From: Limnochordia bacterium | GTDB taxonomy: Bacteria > Bacillota > Limnochordia > DTU080 | Length of the DNA stretch: 64,000 bases | NCBI GenBank assembly: GCA_050951545.1 | Contig: JBMNJG010000004.1 | Location: 160,001 to 224,000, forward strand | Direction: 5' to 3' | Shown here: piece after piece, positions 1 to 9,357 of the stretch | How positions within the stretch are numbered: position 1 is the stretch's first letter | Layout: the number at the start of each line of letters is the position of its first letter | The notes under the pieces: generated by a model | Told to the model about the DNA's origin: nothing | Seen by the model: the letters and a program-made list of their open reading frames with translations, nothing else | Databases searched by the model: none | Translations under genes and position numbers: made by a program

Positions 1-40
1 GAGCGTGCGCAAAGCAGCTCAGGGAGGGTCAGGTAATAGT

Positions 41-1489
41 ATGGCAAATATCGATCAGCTTCGTAATACATGGAATCAGCTTTACCAGGAGAATTTGTCC
101 GAAGGGTTCGCCGCTGTGCGCGACTTGCCAGGTGTAGTGGTGGGTATTCACTCAGTCATCGACGGACTCAAGCGCCTCGATGTCGCTCAGCTCGAACAGG
201 TTTTGGCGGACGATCCAGACTTGGCGGATGCTGCTCTGGAGGCGAGCGAAAAGGAGCTTGTGCCAGGCGAGATCAACACCCCGCGCGATTTTATCATTGG
301 GTTGTTCACATCCTTTAGTCGGGGCAAGGCCCTGCAGCTTATGATTCGGCAAGAGTCAGCCTTTAATTGGGCACTGGAGAAACTCGGCTATGACTTTCTC
401 CGTATGGGTGGTACTTCGGGTAACATGGCCAACTCGTTGTCACCGCTGGGTTTTCCCATGGTGGTCTACGCCAATCCGCTCACACGTGAGTTGGCCGAGC
501 TTTTCGTCGACAGGCCGAACTTGAAGGTGTTGGCCGCTGATGGCACCCCGAAGCCGCCAAAAGAAGCTGCTCAAGGCGAGGGTATCAAGGCGCTGCACCT
601 GATCGTGGAGTATTCCACTGGCGACACTGTCACTGTGAAGGGCAAGAAGATCACCACGCCACGGGCCAATCGGTTCATTGCCGCCTGGAACCCTGTCAAC
701 AATAAGTTGCAGATTGATCCCACATGGAAGACGAATTTCCTAGCTATGGCAGATCAGGTCAGTCACTTTGTGGTCTCCGGTTTCCATATTCTCTCGGAGC
801 GCTATCCGGATGGTACCACGTATGCGGACTATCTGGCTCCTGTAGGCGAGTACCTGGCCGAGGTGCGCGCTCGCCACCCGCATCTGCGCCTGCACTATGA
901 GTTTGCCAGCATCGCGAGCTCACATATCCGTCGCGGCATCCTCAAAGACATCTTGCCAAGAGTGCACAGTCTTGGACTCAATGAGGTAGAGCTGGCAGCT
1001 GTGCTAGACGACATCGGTGCAGTCGAAGAGGCTGCGGCCATGCGCAGGGAGGAAGGCATGGCGGCTATTCTCAAGGGTATGGATCGGTTGATGCGCCATA
1101 CAGGTCTCGATCGCATTCAGCTGCATGATTTGGGCTACTACCTCACCTTGGTTCGTCCTGGCTATGCACCGCAGGAGAAGACGCGTACGGGCCTGATCTT
1201 GGCGGCGACTCTGGCAGCGAGCCGCACAGCAACGGGCAAGGTAGGTACTGAGGCTGAGATACGACAAGGCCTAGAGTTCCCGTTCATGGATGCCGCTCTT
1301 AAGAAGGCTGCGGAGATCAGCGAGTTTATCGGTGACGAGCAGTTGACGAAGACGGGTCTGGGCACGTGGAAGGACTGGCAGGTTGCCTATTTGCCGACCC
1401 GCGTGGTACCAAAGCCAGTGCTGACTGTAGGCCTGGGCGACCTAATCTCCGCATCGGCGTTCACAGTGGGCAGTCCTACCCACGCCTAG
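41..1489 (+). CDS. ADP-dependent glucokinase/phosphofructokinase family protein
   Basis: RMGGTSGNMAN, PRANRFIAAW, NXXE motif (LGLNEVEL) and C-terminal TVGLGDLIS catalytic motif; ATG at 41 follows a GGAGG-like RBS. Confidence 0.88.
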   Translation: MANIDQLRNTWNQLYQENLSEGFAAVRDLPGVVVGIHSVIDGLKRLDVAQLEQVLADDPDLADAALEASEKELVPGEINTPRDFIIGLFTSFSRGKALQLMIRQESAFNWALEKLGYDFLRMGGTSGNMANSLSPLGFPMVVYANPLTRELAELFVDRPNLKVLAADGTPKPPKEAAQGEGIKALHLIVEYSTGDTVTVKGKKITTPRANRFIAAWNPVNNKLQIDPTWKTNFLAMADQVSHFVVSGFHILSERYPDGTTYADYLAPVGEYLAEVRARHPHLRLHYEFASIASSHIRRGILKDILPRVHSLGLNEVELAAVLDDIGAVEEAAAMRREEGMAAILKGMDRLMRHTGLDRIQLHDLGYYLTLVRPGYAPQEKTRTGLILAATLAASRTATGKVGTEAEIRQGLEFPFMDAALKKAAEISEFIGDEQLTKTGLGTWKDWQVAYLPTRVVPKPVLTVGLGDLISASAFTVGSPTHA

Positions 1490-1507
1490 TTGCCTCCAAA
1501 AGAAGAA

Positions 1508-1535
1508 ACCGGTCGGTCATGTGCGGCCGACCGGT
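1508..1535. terminator. Hairpin between convergent genes (likely bidirectional terminator)
   Basis: ACCGGTCGGTC-N6-GGCCGACCGGT inverted repeat between stops at 1489 and 1547. Confidence 0.65.
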
Positions 1536-1546
1536 CCCTGAGCTTT

Positions 1547-2476
1547 TCATACTTCCTGCCACAACTCGGTGGAGAGGTAGCGTTCCCCAGTATCCGGCAA
1601 AATGACAACAACAAGTTGGCCTTTGTTCTCTGGCCTGGTGGCGACAACAGAAGCTGCGTAGGCCGCGGCACCTGACGAGATGCCGACCAACACGCCCTCC
1701 TGGCGGGCTAGTTGACGGGCGGTTTCCATGGCCTCCTCGTCCCGGACTTGGAGGACCTCATCGATGAGTCGAGGGTCGTAGACATCCGGTACGAAACCAG
1801 CTCCGATCCCCTGGATCTTATGTGGCCCGGGAGCGCCCCCGGAGAGCACCGGAGACCCGGCTGGCTCTACAGCGATTGTGCGAACCGCTGGCTTGTGCTT
1901 TTTCAGGCCTGCGGCGACGCCAGTGGCCGTGCCTCCTGTGCCTACAGTGCTCACGACAATGTCTACCGCCCCGTCTGTGTCACGCCAGATCTCCTCAGCG
2001 GTAATATCCCTATGAATCTGCGGATTTGCTGGATTGGAGAACTGCATCGGTACGAACGTGTCGGGCAGCTGACGTGCCAGCCCCTGCGCCTTGGCTATGG
2101 CTCCAGCCATGCCCTCAGCTCCTGGCGTGAGAATCAGCTCGGCTCCATATGCTTTGAGTAGCGCGCGACGCTCGCTACTCATTGTGTCGGGCATCGTCAG
2201 AATAAGCCTGTATCCTTTTGCCGCACAGACCAAAGCCAAGCCAATGCCTGTATTGCCGCTAGTAGGCTCAATCACCACTGTCTGTGAGCTCAAGAGGCCC
2301 TGCGCTTCGGCCGCGGCGATCATGTTGAAGCCGACGCGGTCTTTCACGCTTCCTCCGGGGTTAAAGCACTCCAATTTGGCGTACACATCGGCACCAGTGC
2401 GCTCGCTGATGTGGTTGAGCCTCAGCAGAGGCGTGTCGCCGATGAGATCAATGACGGAACTGGCCACTCTTGCCAT
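1547..2476 (-). CDS. cysK: Cysteine synthase A (O-acetylserine sulfhydrylase)
   Basis: [17 protein letters not shown] lysine, [30 protein letters not shown]. Confidence 0.97.
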   Translation of the reverse strand: MARVASSVIDLIGDTPLLRLNHISERTGADVYAKLECFNPGGSVKDRVGFNMIAAAEAQGLLSSQTVVIEPTSGNTGIGLALVCAAKGYRLILTMPDTMSSERRALLKAYGAELILTPGAEGMAGAIAKAQGLARQLPDTFVPMQFSNPANPQIHRDITAEEIWRDTDGAVDIVVSTVGTGGTATGVAAGLKKHKPAVRTIAVEPAGSPVLSGGAPGPHKIQGIGAGFVPDVYDPRLIDEVLQVRDEEAMETARQLARQEGVLVGISSGAAAYAASVVATRPENKGQLVVVILPDTGERYLSTELWQEV

Positions 2477-2567
2477 GCTGCATCTCCTTCTGGGAACAGG
2501 GCTCCGAGTGCATTCATGCTAGCATGAGTTGTCTGTGGGTGCAAGGACAGGACAGGTCATGAAAACA

Positions 2568-2596
2568 TTGACAGGAGGCCGGAGGCCAGGTATACT
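2568..2596 (+). promoter_or_regulatory. SigA-type promoter of the met operon
   Basis: TTGACA-17 bp-TATACT upstream of the SAM riboswitch. Confidence 0.85.
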
Positions 2597-2636
2597 CCAG
2601 ATAATCTGCACCACCAAAAGTGCATACTGGCAAGAA

Positions 2637-2750
2637 CTCTTATCTAGAGTGGCAGAGGGACTGGCCCGATGAAGCCCGGCAACCGGCAACCCGTGTGGTT
2701 GTGTCATGGTGCTAATTCCTGCAGGATCACAGATCCTGGAAGATGAGAGG
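2637..2750 (+). ncRNA. SAM-I (S-box) riboswitch
   Basis: CTCTTATCTAGAGTGGCAGAGGGACTGGCCCGATGAAGCCCGGCAACC...GGTGCTAATTCC...GAAGATGAGAG, upstream of methionine genes. Confidence 0.97.
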
Positions 2751-2778
2751 GAGTCTGCAGATGATTTTTCGTCAATAT

Positions 2779-2808
2779 GCCTCTCCCTTTCTCAGGAGAG
2801 GTTTTTTG
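2779..2808 (+). terminator. SAM riboswitch expression-platform terminator
   Basis: CCTCTCC...GGAGAGG stem followed by TTTTTT. Confidence 0.8.
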
Positions 2809-2835
2809 CGTGCCAGATCAAGGAGGTCAACACCG

Positions 2836-4125
2836 ATGACATCAGCAAGCGAGTATCATTTCGATACACTAGCGGTTCATGCAGGTCAGGAGCCCGATCC
2901 TACGACGGGTTCATGTGCGGTGCCCATTTACCAGACTGCGGCGTATGTCTTTCGCGATGCCGAGCACGCGGCCGATCTTTTCGCCCTCGAGCAGTCCGGT
3001 TACATCTACAGCCGCTTGTCGAACCCCACGACCGCGGTCTTTGAAAGGCGCATGGCTACGCTAGAGGGAGGCGTCGGCGCCTTGGCAGTGGGGGCCGGAC
3101 AGACTGCAGAGCTGTTCGCTGTGTGCAACATCGCTGGCGCAGGGGATGAGATCATCTCTTCAGCCAGTCTGTACGGCGGCACTTACACGCTATTTGGCAA
3201 CACACTGCGCAGGCTCGGCGTCACGGTTAAGTTTGTGGAACCCGGTGATCCGGAGAGCTTCCGCAGCGCCATCGGTCCGCATACCCGAGCTATCTATGCG
3301 GAGACAATTGGTAACCCCAGGCTGGATGTGCTGGATATTGAGGCTGTTGCCAGCGTTGCGCATGAGAATGGGATTCCGCTTATCGTCGACAACACATTCG
3401 CTACGCCATATCTGTGCCGTCCCTTGGAGTGGGGAGCCGACGTCGTCATCCATTCCGCCACGAAGTGGATCGGCGGTCATGGCAGTTCGATTGGCGGAGT
3501 GATTGTCGATGGTGGCCGTTTCGCCTGGGACAATGGCAAATTCCCCGAGTTAACCCAGCCCGATAGCAGCTATCATGGCGTGGTCTACACAGAGCATTTC
3601 GGGCCCGCCGCTTATATTGCGAAGTGCCGTCTGCAGCTCATGCGAGACATGGGCGGGCCGCTCGCGCCATTCCACAGTTTCCTCTTTCTTCAGGGCCTCG
3701 AGACCTTGGCTGTACGAATGGAACGCCATGCCCGAAATGCTCAGGCAGTAGCACGTTTTCTCTCTGAGCACCCTGCCGTTAACTGGGTCAGTTATCCCGG
3801 GCTGCCAAGTCACGCCTCTTTTGCTCTAGCTCAAAAGTACTTGCCTCAAGGTGGTGGAGCTGTGGTCACGTTCGGTATCCGGGGTGGCAGGGAGGCTGGA
3901 CGACGCTTCATTGGCGCTCTCGAGCTATTCGCTCTTGTAGCCAACGTGGGCGACACCCGATCACTCGTCATTCATCCAGCATCGACAACGCACCACCAGC
4001 TCACACGCGAGGAGCAGGCGGCCAGCGGCGTAAGCGAGGATTTGATTCGGCTCTCAGTTGGCATCGAAAACGAACGGGATATCCTCGCAGATCTGGACCA
4101 GGCTTTGAGGCGAGCGGTCTCCTAA
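2836..4125 (+). CDS. metY: O-acetylhomoserine aminocarboxypropyltransferase (sulfhydrylase)
   Basis: [37 protein letters not shown] lysine, ANVGD; ATG at 2836 after AAGGAGG. Confidence 0.95.
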   Translation: MTSASEYHFDTLAVHAGQEPDPTTGSCAVPIYQTAAYVFRDAEHAADLFALEQSGYIYSRLSNPTTAVFERRMATLEGGVGALAVGAGQTAELFAVCNIAGAGDEIISSASLYGGTYTLFGNTLRRLGVTVKFVEPGDPESFRSAIGPHTRAIYAETIGNPRLDVLDIEAVASVAHENGIPLIVDNTFATPYLCRPLEWGADVVIHSATKWIGGHGSSIGGVIVDGGRFAWDNGKFPELTQPDSSYHGVVYTEHFGPAAYIAKCRLQLMRDMGGPLAPFHSFLFLQGLETLAVRMERHARNAQAVARFLSEHPAVNWVSYPGLPSHASFALAQKYLPQGGGAVVTFGIRGGREAGRRFIGALELFALVANVGDTRSLVIHPASTTHHQLTREEQAASGVSEDLIRLSVGIENERDILADLDQALRRAVS

Positions 4126-4168
4126 GGTGAGTGTGTCAGCGATCGCGTAAGAAAGGAGCATCTGTCCG

Positions 4169-5329
4169 ATGGCCTATCTGACTCAAACAGTGCCCCGCAG
4201 TGCATTTCCGAACTTGAAGCGTCGTCCGTTCATGCGCTACTTCACTTTGGATCAGAGCGTACCATTCGTTTTAGACTGTGGGCTAGAGTTTGGGCCGGTG
4301 ACCCTGGCCTATGAGACCTACGGCAAGCTAAACGCGGCTCGCGACAACGCTATACTCGTAGCCCATGCGCTTACGGGTGATTCCCATTGCGCTAGCCACG
4401 GCAGCCATGATCCGGAGGCTGGTTGGTGGGAGTCACTTGTGGGCCCAGGACGTGTCTTTGATACCCGCCGCTACTTTGTCATCTGCAGCAATGTGCTCGG
4501 TGGATGCCAGGGCTCGACGGGACCAGCGAGTTACGATCCGTCTACCCAGGAACCCTATGCCATGCGCTTCCCAGTGATTACGATCCGGGATATGGTTCGT
4601 GCTCAGAAGGCGCTTGTCGAGCATCTGGGCATCACCCGTTTAGCAAGCGTGGTGGGGGGATCGATGGGAGGCATGCAGGCACTGACGTGGGCAGTGGAGT
4701 TTCCGGGTGCTGTAGACTCTCTCATGGTGATCGCGGCTCCAGGAAGAGCATCGTCGCAGTCTATCGCCTACAACGAGGTCATGCGGCGGGCTGTTATGAC
4801 AGACCCACAATGGAAATCAGGCGACTATTATGGCACGCCGGGGCCAGTAAATGGACTCATGACGGCGCGCATGCTGGGCATGATCACGTACCAGAGTGAC
4901 CAATCGATGATGCTCAAGTTTGGGCGAGGTGTTGTGGGCAATAGCATAGGTGATCTGTTTTGTATGGGCACGCAGTTTCAGGTCGAGAGTTACCTGCACT
5001 ACCAGGGCACCAAATTGGTCGAGCGATTTGATGCCAACACCTATCTATACCTGACCCGAGCTATCGACCTTTTCGATCTCAGCCTGGGCTATGCCTCCTA
5101 TGAGGCTGCCCTAGACCGCATCTCGTGCCCGGTCCTTGTGGTGGGGGTTTCCTCTGATATCCTTTATCCTACTTGGCAGCAAGAGGAGATTGCCGCGCTT
5201 CTCAGAAGTCAGGATAAGCGAGTCGAATATGAGACGATAGAGACGCCATATGGACATGACGGGTTCTTGATCGAGTTCGAGAAGATGGTCCCCGTGTTGA
5301 AGGTTTTTTTGTCCCGGTGCAGCAACTGA
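4169..5329 (+). CDS. metX: Homoserine O-acetyltransferase
   Basis: HALTGD, NVLGGCQGSTGP, GGSMGGMQA nucleophile, RFDAN, YGHDGFL. Confidence 0.95.
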   Translation: MAYLTQTVPRSAFPNLKRRPFMRYFTLDQSVPFVLDCGLEFGPVTLAYETYGKLNAARDNAILVAHALTGDSHCASHGSHDPEAGWWESLVGPGRVFDTRRYFVICSNVLGGCQGSTGPASYDPSTQEPYAMRFPVITIRDMVRAQKALVEHLGITRLASVVGGSMGGMQALTWAVEFPGAVDSLMVIAAPGRASSQSIAYNEVMRRAVMTDPQWKSGDYYGTPGPVNGLMTARMLGMITYQSDQSMMLKFGRGVVGNSIGDLFCMGTQFQVESYLHYQGTKLVERFDANTYLYLTRAIDLFDLSLGYASYEAALDRISCPVLVVGVSSDILYPTWQQEEIAALLRSQDKRVEYETIETPYGHDGFLIEFEKMVPVLKVFLSRCSN

Positions 5330-5344
5330 AGACTAGTCTATACG

Positions 5345-5923
5345 TTGGAGGGGGAGCGGTACTGCTTGTCTACTGGATGCCTGATATTCATCATGGGTCG
5401 CCAGCGATCGGGTAAAGATACGGCCGCTGACTACTTGGTGCACTACTACGGTTTTCACAAGATCTCTTTGGCTAAGCCTGTCTACGACATCGCTCGTAGG
5501 CTATGCGGCATGGTTGGCAAAGACCGGGGGTTACTGATTGACATTGGCGTCAAGATGCGTGAGATTGACCCCGATGTCTTTCCGAAAGCGCTCTGGCGGG
5601 AGGCTGTAGGTTGCTCAGAGGGTGCAGACGAGCAGCTCTCGTTGCCCGCAAACACGCGCATCGTGGTACCTGATACGCGTTTTCCGAACGAGTGGGATTT
5701 CTTTAAGAAACGGGGTGGCAGAGGTATTCGCGTGGTTGCTTCGCAGGAAATACGAGCCCGACGACCGGGCTATCACGCAGAGTTTGAGCTAGATCCTACA
5801 GAGACTGGCCTCGATAGTGCCCCGGCGGATGCCGTGATCACCAACGAGGGCAGCTATGGCGCCTTCTATGACGCTCTCGATCTTTTCCTGACTCGCGATG
5901 TGGGACTTGAGCGCGTGGGATGA
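5345..5923 (+). CDS. P-loop kinase resembling deoxynucleoside-monophosphate kinases
   Basis: GRQRSGKDTAADYL Walker A, DTRFPNE motif, C-terminal ITNEGS; start uncertain. Confidence 0.6.
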   Translation: MEGERYCLSTGCLIFIMGRQRSGKDTAADYLVHYYGFHKISLAKPVYDIARRLCGMVGKDRGLLIDIGVKMREIDPDVFPKALWREAVGCSEGADEQLSLPANTRIVVPDTRFPNEWDFFKKRGGRGIRVVASQEIRARRPGYHAEFELDPTETGLDSAPADAVITNEGSYGAFYDALDLFLTRDVGLERVG

Positions 5924-5998
5924 TGTAGTCTCGGGGTGTGTTGGGCAGCTGCGTGCTGCGAACCAGATACCGAGCAGCAAGAAAGCGAGGTGCGGTCT

Positions 5999-7051
5999 AT
6001 GGCAGACACGGAATCCACTAAGCAAGTCGTGAGGTTGGGGTTTGTGGGTTGTGGCTCTCATGCCCGTCTGGCATTGTACCCGAAGATTCATCGCGTTCCT
6101 GAGCTTGATCTTGTGGCTGTCTGTGATCTCAACGAGGCCCGTCGAACCAAGACAAAGCGTGACTTCGGTGCGCTGTATGACTACGCCGATCTACATACCA
6201 TGTGCGACAAACAAGAGCTCGATGCCATCTGTATCGTGGGACCTCCGTTTATGCAGTATGAGGTCGGAATGGAGGTTCTTAAGCGCTACCGTCTGCCGAT
6301 ATTTCTCGAAAAGCCACCTGCGCTCACCTATGCGCAGGCTCTGGAACTGGCACAGGCTGCCAAAGAAGCAGGCGTGTTCGGCATGACTGGCTTCATGAAG
6401 CGCTTTGCCCCAGCTTACGTTGCTGCAGAGCGTATCTGTCGAAGCGACAGTTTCGGGCGTGTGACTCTGGTGGATTTACGCTACACTCACGGTCCCTACC
6501 CCCTTATTTGGGGACTCTCACCCGAACCGTACTGCTGCCTTGTGGGAAACAGCTGCCACATTCTCGATCTGGCTAGGTTCTTTGGTGGCGATGTGGCAGA
6601 GCTGTATGCCCGTCTCTGGTACCCAGGTTCGGGCGGTAGCTTCGCCTTTGCCATCACCCTTGCGTATACCAATGGGGCAGTGGGCCTGATCAACTGCAAT
6701 GGAACTGATGATGCGGGATGGATCATGCGAGAGCACTGTGCGGTAAGCGGCATCTGTGCGAGCGTGGAAGTCGATGATATGACCCATCTGCGCTATCGCA
6801 GTGGCGAACGCTGGGATAGTGGTCCGGAGGTGCGATCGTGGCATCAGGGTCAGATCATGCATCCCCACGCAGTTGCTGGCAGCACTGGTAATGACGACTA
6901 TGGCTATCAAGGCGAACTCCAGCACTTTGCACGATGTGTGCTGGGTACACAGGCCCCTCGTTCGACACTGCTTGACGGGGCCAAGTGTCTACAGATGGCG
7001 GAAGCCATATGGCAGAGCGCACAATCCAGACAACCCGTATCACTGACCTAG
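5999..7051 (+). CDS. Gfo/Idh/MocA family oxidoreductase
   Basis: GFVGCGSHA Rossmann motif, FLEKPP, GFMKRFAP, CHILDL; ATG at 5999 after GAGGTG. Confidence 0.9.
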   Translation: MADTESTKQVVRLGFVGCGSHARLALYPKIHRVPELDLVAVCDLNEARRTKTKRDFGALYDYADLHTMCDKQELDAICIVGPPFMQYEVGMEVLKRYRLPIFLEKPPALTYAQALELAQAAKEAGVFGMTGFMKRFAPAYVAAERICRSDSFGRVTLVDLRYTHGPYPLIWGLSPEPYCCLVGNSCHILDLARFFGGDVAELYARLWYPGSGGSFAFAITLAYTNGAVGLINCNGTDDAGWIMREHCAVSGICASVEVDDMTHLRYRSGERWDSGPEVRSWHQGQIMHPHAVAGSTGNDDYGYQGELQHFARCVLGTQAPRSTLLDGAKCLQMAEAIWQSAQSRQPVSLT

Positions 7052-7071
7052 CGGACTGAGGAGGCGTTCAC

Positions 7072-7974
7072 ATGATTCGCTTAGGAATTGTCGATTTTGA
7101 TTCGTCGCATACGGTGGCTTTTACTCAGATCCTCAATCACACCCATCCCTCACAGGAGCAGTGGGTCGAAGGAGCCAAAATCGTTGCTGGCTGTGCATTG
7201 CCTTCGGAGATTCAGACCGAAGCGAAAGTCAGGGAGTATGCGGAACGCTGTGCAGCCTATGGCGTTGAGATGGTAAGCTCTCCGGAGGAGCTCATCGGGA
7301 AAGTGGACGGAGTGATGCTCGAATCGGATGATGGTCGAACGCATCTTGAGCGGGCGCGGCTGTTTCTACAGGCTGGTGTGCCAACCTGGATTGACAAGCC
7401 ACTCACCTTCTCTTTGGCGGAGGGGCGAGAGATTCTACAACTGGCCGCTACACATAAGGCACCGCTTTTTTCTGCCTCTTCATTGCGGTTTGCTTCTGAG
7501 GTGGCTGATGTGCGACAAAACAAGGAAACCTATGGCGGTGTCTTGGGAGCTATCACCTACAGCCCGGCGAAAGACCAGGGGCCTAACCCTGGACTCATCT
7601 ACTACGGTATCCACGCCATCGAGATGCTCTATGGATTGATGGGTGCAGGATGCCAGTGGGTGAGCAGCGCCGAAAGTCCGCACGGCATCGTCGTCACTGG
7701 TCAGTGGGATGACGGGCGGATCTGTTCGCTGCGCGGCACAACCGAAGGTGCACACTCCTATGGGTTTACCGCCTGGTGCGAGAAGACTGTCGTGCAAAAA
7801 GTGGTGAACGCAAGTTTTATCTACCGGGAGCTCATGAAGCAGGTGGTCAGGTTTTTCCAGACAGGTGTCTCACCAGTGGCGCCTGAAGAGACGCTAGAGA
7901 CGATTGCTTTTGGCCGGGCCGCGCTCGCGTCGCTGCAGAGGCAGGGCCAGCGTGTGTCACTAGAACGCTGCTAG
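7072..7974 (+). CDS. Gfo/Idh/MocA family oxidoreductase (atypical N-terminus)
   Basis: RLGIVDFDSSH, IDKP, SSLRF, YYGIHAIE; GAGGAGG RBS. Confidence 0.8.
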   Translation: MIRLGIVDFDSSHTVAFTQILNHTHPSQEQWVEGAKIVAGCALPSEIQTEAKVREYAERCAAYGVEMVSSPEELIGKVDGVMLESDDGRTHLERARLFLQAGVPTWIDKPLTFSLAEGREILQLAATHKAPLFSASSLRFASEVADVRQNKETYGGVLGAITYSPAKDQGPNPGLIYYGIHAIEMLYGLMGAGCQWVSSAESPHGIVVTGQWDDGRICSLRGTTEGAHSYGFTAWCEKTVVQKVVNASFIYRELMKQVVRFFQTGVSPVAPEETLETIAFGRAALASLQRQGQRVSLERC

Positions 7975-7978
7975 CGAC

Positions 7979-8587
7979 ATGCATGATGCAAGAAGGAGTT
8001 CGACAAACGTGACCGATGCAAGGACAATTGACGAGGTAACGCGTGAAAAGGCTTGGCAGCTACTTACTCAGCATGTTTCGAACGAGGGTCTGCTCAAGCA
8101 TGCCCTGGCAGTGGAGGCCTGCATGCGCGCCTATGCGCGCAAGTACAGTCAGGATGAGGAAAGATGGGCGGTGACCGGACTGCTGCACGATGTGGATTTT
8201 GAGCAGCATCCCTCCCCCGAAGAGCACCCTGCGGTAGGGGTGGCGCTGTTGCGTGAAGAGGGGTACCCCGAGGACATTGTGGAAGCCGTGGCAGGACACG
8301 CCGACCGCCTGCAAGTACCCCGTACATCACGCATGGCCAAAGCGCTCTATGCAGTCGATGAGCTGTCTGGCTTTGTTACAGCCGTGGCTCTTGTGCGCCC
8401 GTCCAAAAGAGTGGCAGATGTAAAGGTCAGCTCCGTTAAGAAGAAGATGAAAGACAAGGCCTTTGCTCGCGCCTGCGACCGAGAGCAGATGCGACGGTCA
8501 GCTGAGGAGCTGGGTGAGCCCTTTGACGCGCATGTGGAGCTTGTCATCCAAGCAATGTCAGAGGCGGCCGATACCTTAGGGCTATAG
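7979..8587 (+). CDS. HD-domain putative phosphohydrolase
   Basis: KHALAVE...GLLHDVD...AVDELSG, KKKMKDKAFA; true start may be GTG at 8009. Confidence 0.85.
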   Translation: MHDARRSSTNVTDARTIDEVTREKAWQLLTQHVSNEGLLKHALAVEACMRAYARKYSQDEERWAVTGLLHDVDFEQHPSPEEHPAVGVALLREEGYPEDIVEAVAGHADRLQVPRTSRMAKALYAVDELSGFVTAVALVRPSKRVADVKVSSVKKKMKDKAFARACDREQMRRSAEELGEPFDAHVELVIQAMSEAADTLGL

Positions 8588-8592
8588 AAGCA

Positions 8593-9159
8593 TCAGGCAC
8601 GCGGCAGGATGAGGTGAAACACCTCCTGCCGCGTCTTTTCATCTGTGCGGAAGCCGCCACGCAAAGCGGAGGTGATGGTTAGGCTGCCCGGCTTTCTTAT
8701 GCCGCGCATACTCATACACATATGCTCTGCTTCGATCACGACGCAGACGCCACGTGGTTTCAGTCGTTCAACAAGCAGGTCTGCGATCTGAGACGTAAGC
8801 CGTTCTTGCATCTGGGGCCTGCGAGCCATGCCTTCGACTACCCGGGCCAGCTTGCTCAGGCCTGTAACTCGTCCACGCGTGGGTATGTAGGCGACGTGGG
8901 CCTTACCGATAAAAGGGAGGAAATGGTGTTCACACATAGAGTAAAAGGCGATGTTTTTGACCAGGATCAGTTCTTCATGGCCCTCTTCGAACACAACTTC
9001 TAGATGATGCCCGACATCTTCATACAAGCCGGCAAAGATCTCTTGGTACATCTCCGCAACGCGGCGCGGCGTGTCCTGAAGCCCTTCGCGATCCGGATCT
9101 TCACCTATTGCTTCAATCATCATCCGCATCGCCGTGCGGATCTTTTCTTGATCAACCAC
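8593..9159 (-). CDS. folE: GTP cyclohydrolase I
   Basis: [45 protein letters not shown]. Confidence 0.97.
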   Translation of the reverse strand: MVDQEKIRTAMRMMIEAIGEDPDREGLQDTPRRVAEMYQEIFAGLYEDVGHHLEVVFEEGHEELILVKNIAFYSMCEHHFLPFIGKAHVAYIPTRGRVTGLSKLARVVEGMARRPQMQERLTSQIADLLVERLKPRGVCVVIEAEHMCMSMRGIRKPGSLTITSALRGGFRTDEKTRQEVFHLILPRA

Positions 9160-9288
9160 ATGTATCGCCTCCAGTTGATGGCTCCGTCATTCTCCTAAGG
9201 GCCGACTTCCTCCTGCATGGGTCCCCATGTGCATATTGCCGTGTCAACTCGAAGATGAGTTGAATCTATCGAGGTCCGTTCTTGCTCA

Positions 9289-9322
9289 TTCGACACGTTT
9301 CTTTGGCTTTACCTGATAGCAT
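9289..9322 (+). promoter_or_regulatory. Putative Spo0A-dependent spoIIE promoter
   Basis: 0A box TTCGACA (9289-9295) 21 bp upstream of extended -10 TGaTAGCAT, like the long-spacer spoIIE/spoIIG promoters. Confidence 0.55.
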
Positions 9323-9357
9323 GTGCTGCACCATGGGACTAGGTGGTGCCTTGTTGC

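Noticed and set aside
2743-2835. N-terminal extension of metY in the ORF track
   Set aside because: Overlaps the riboswitch terminator; the RBS supports ATG at 2836
9160-9290. Possible THF or ZTP riboswitch upstream of folE
   Set aside because: Only a short TCAACTC/GAGTTGA hairpin; no consensus motifs
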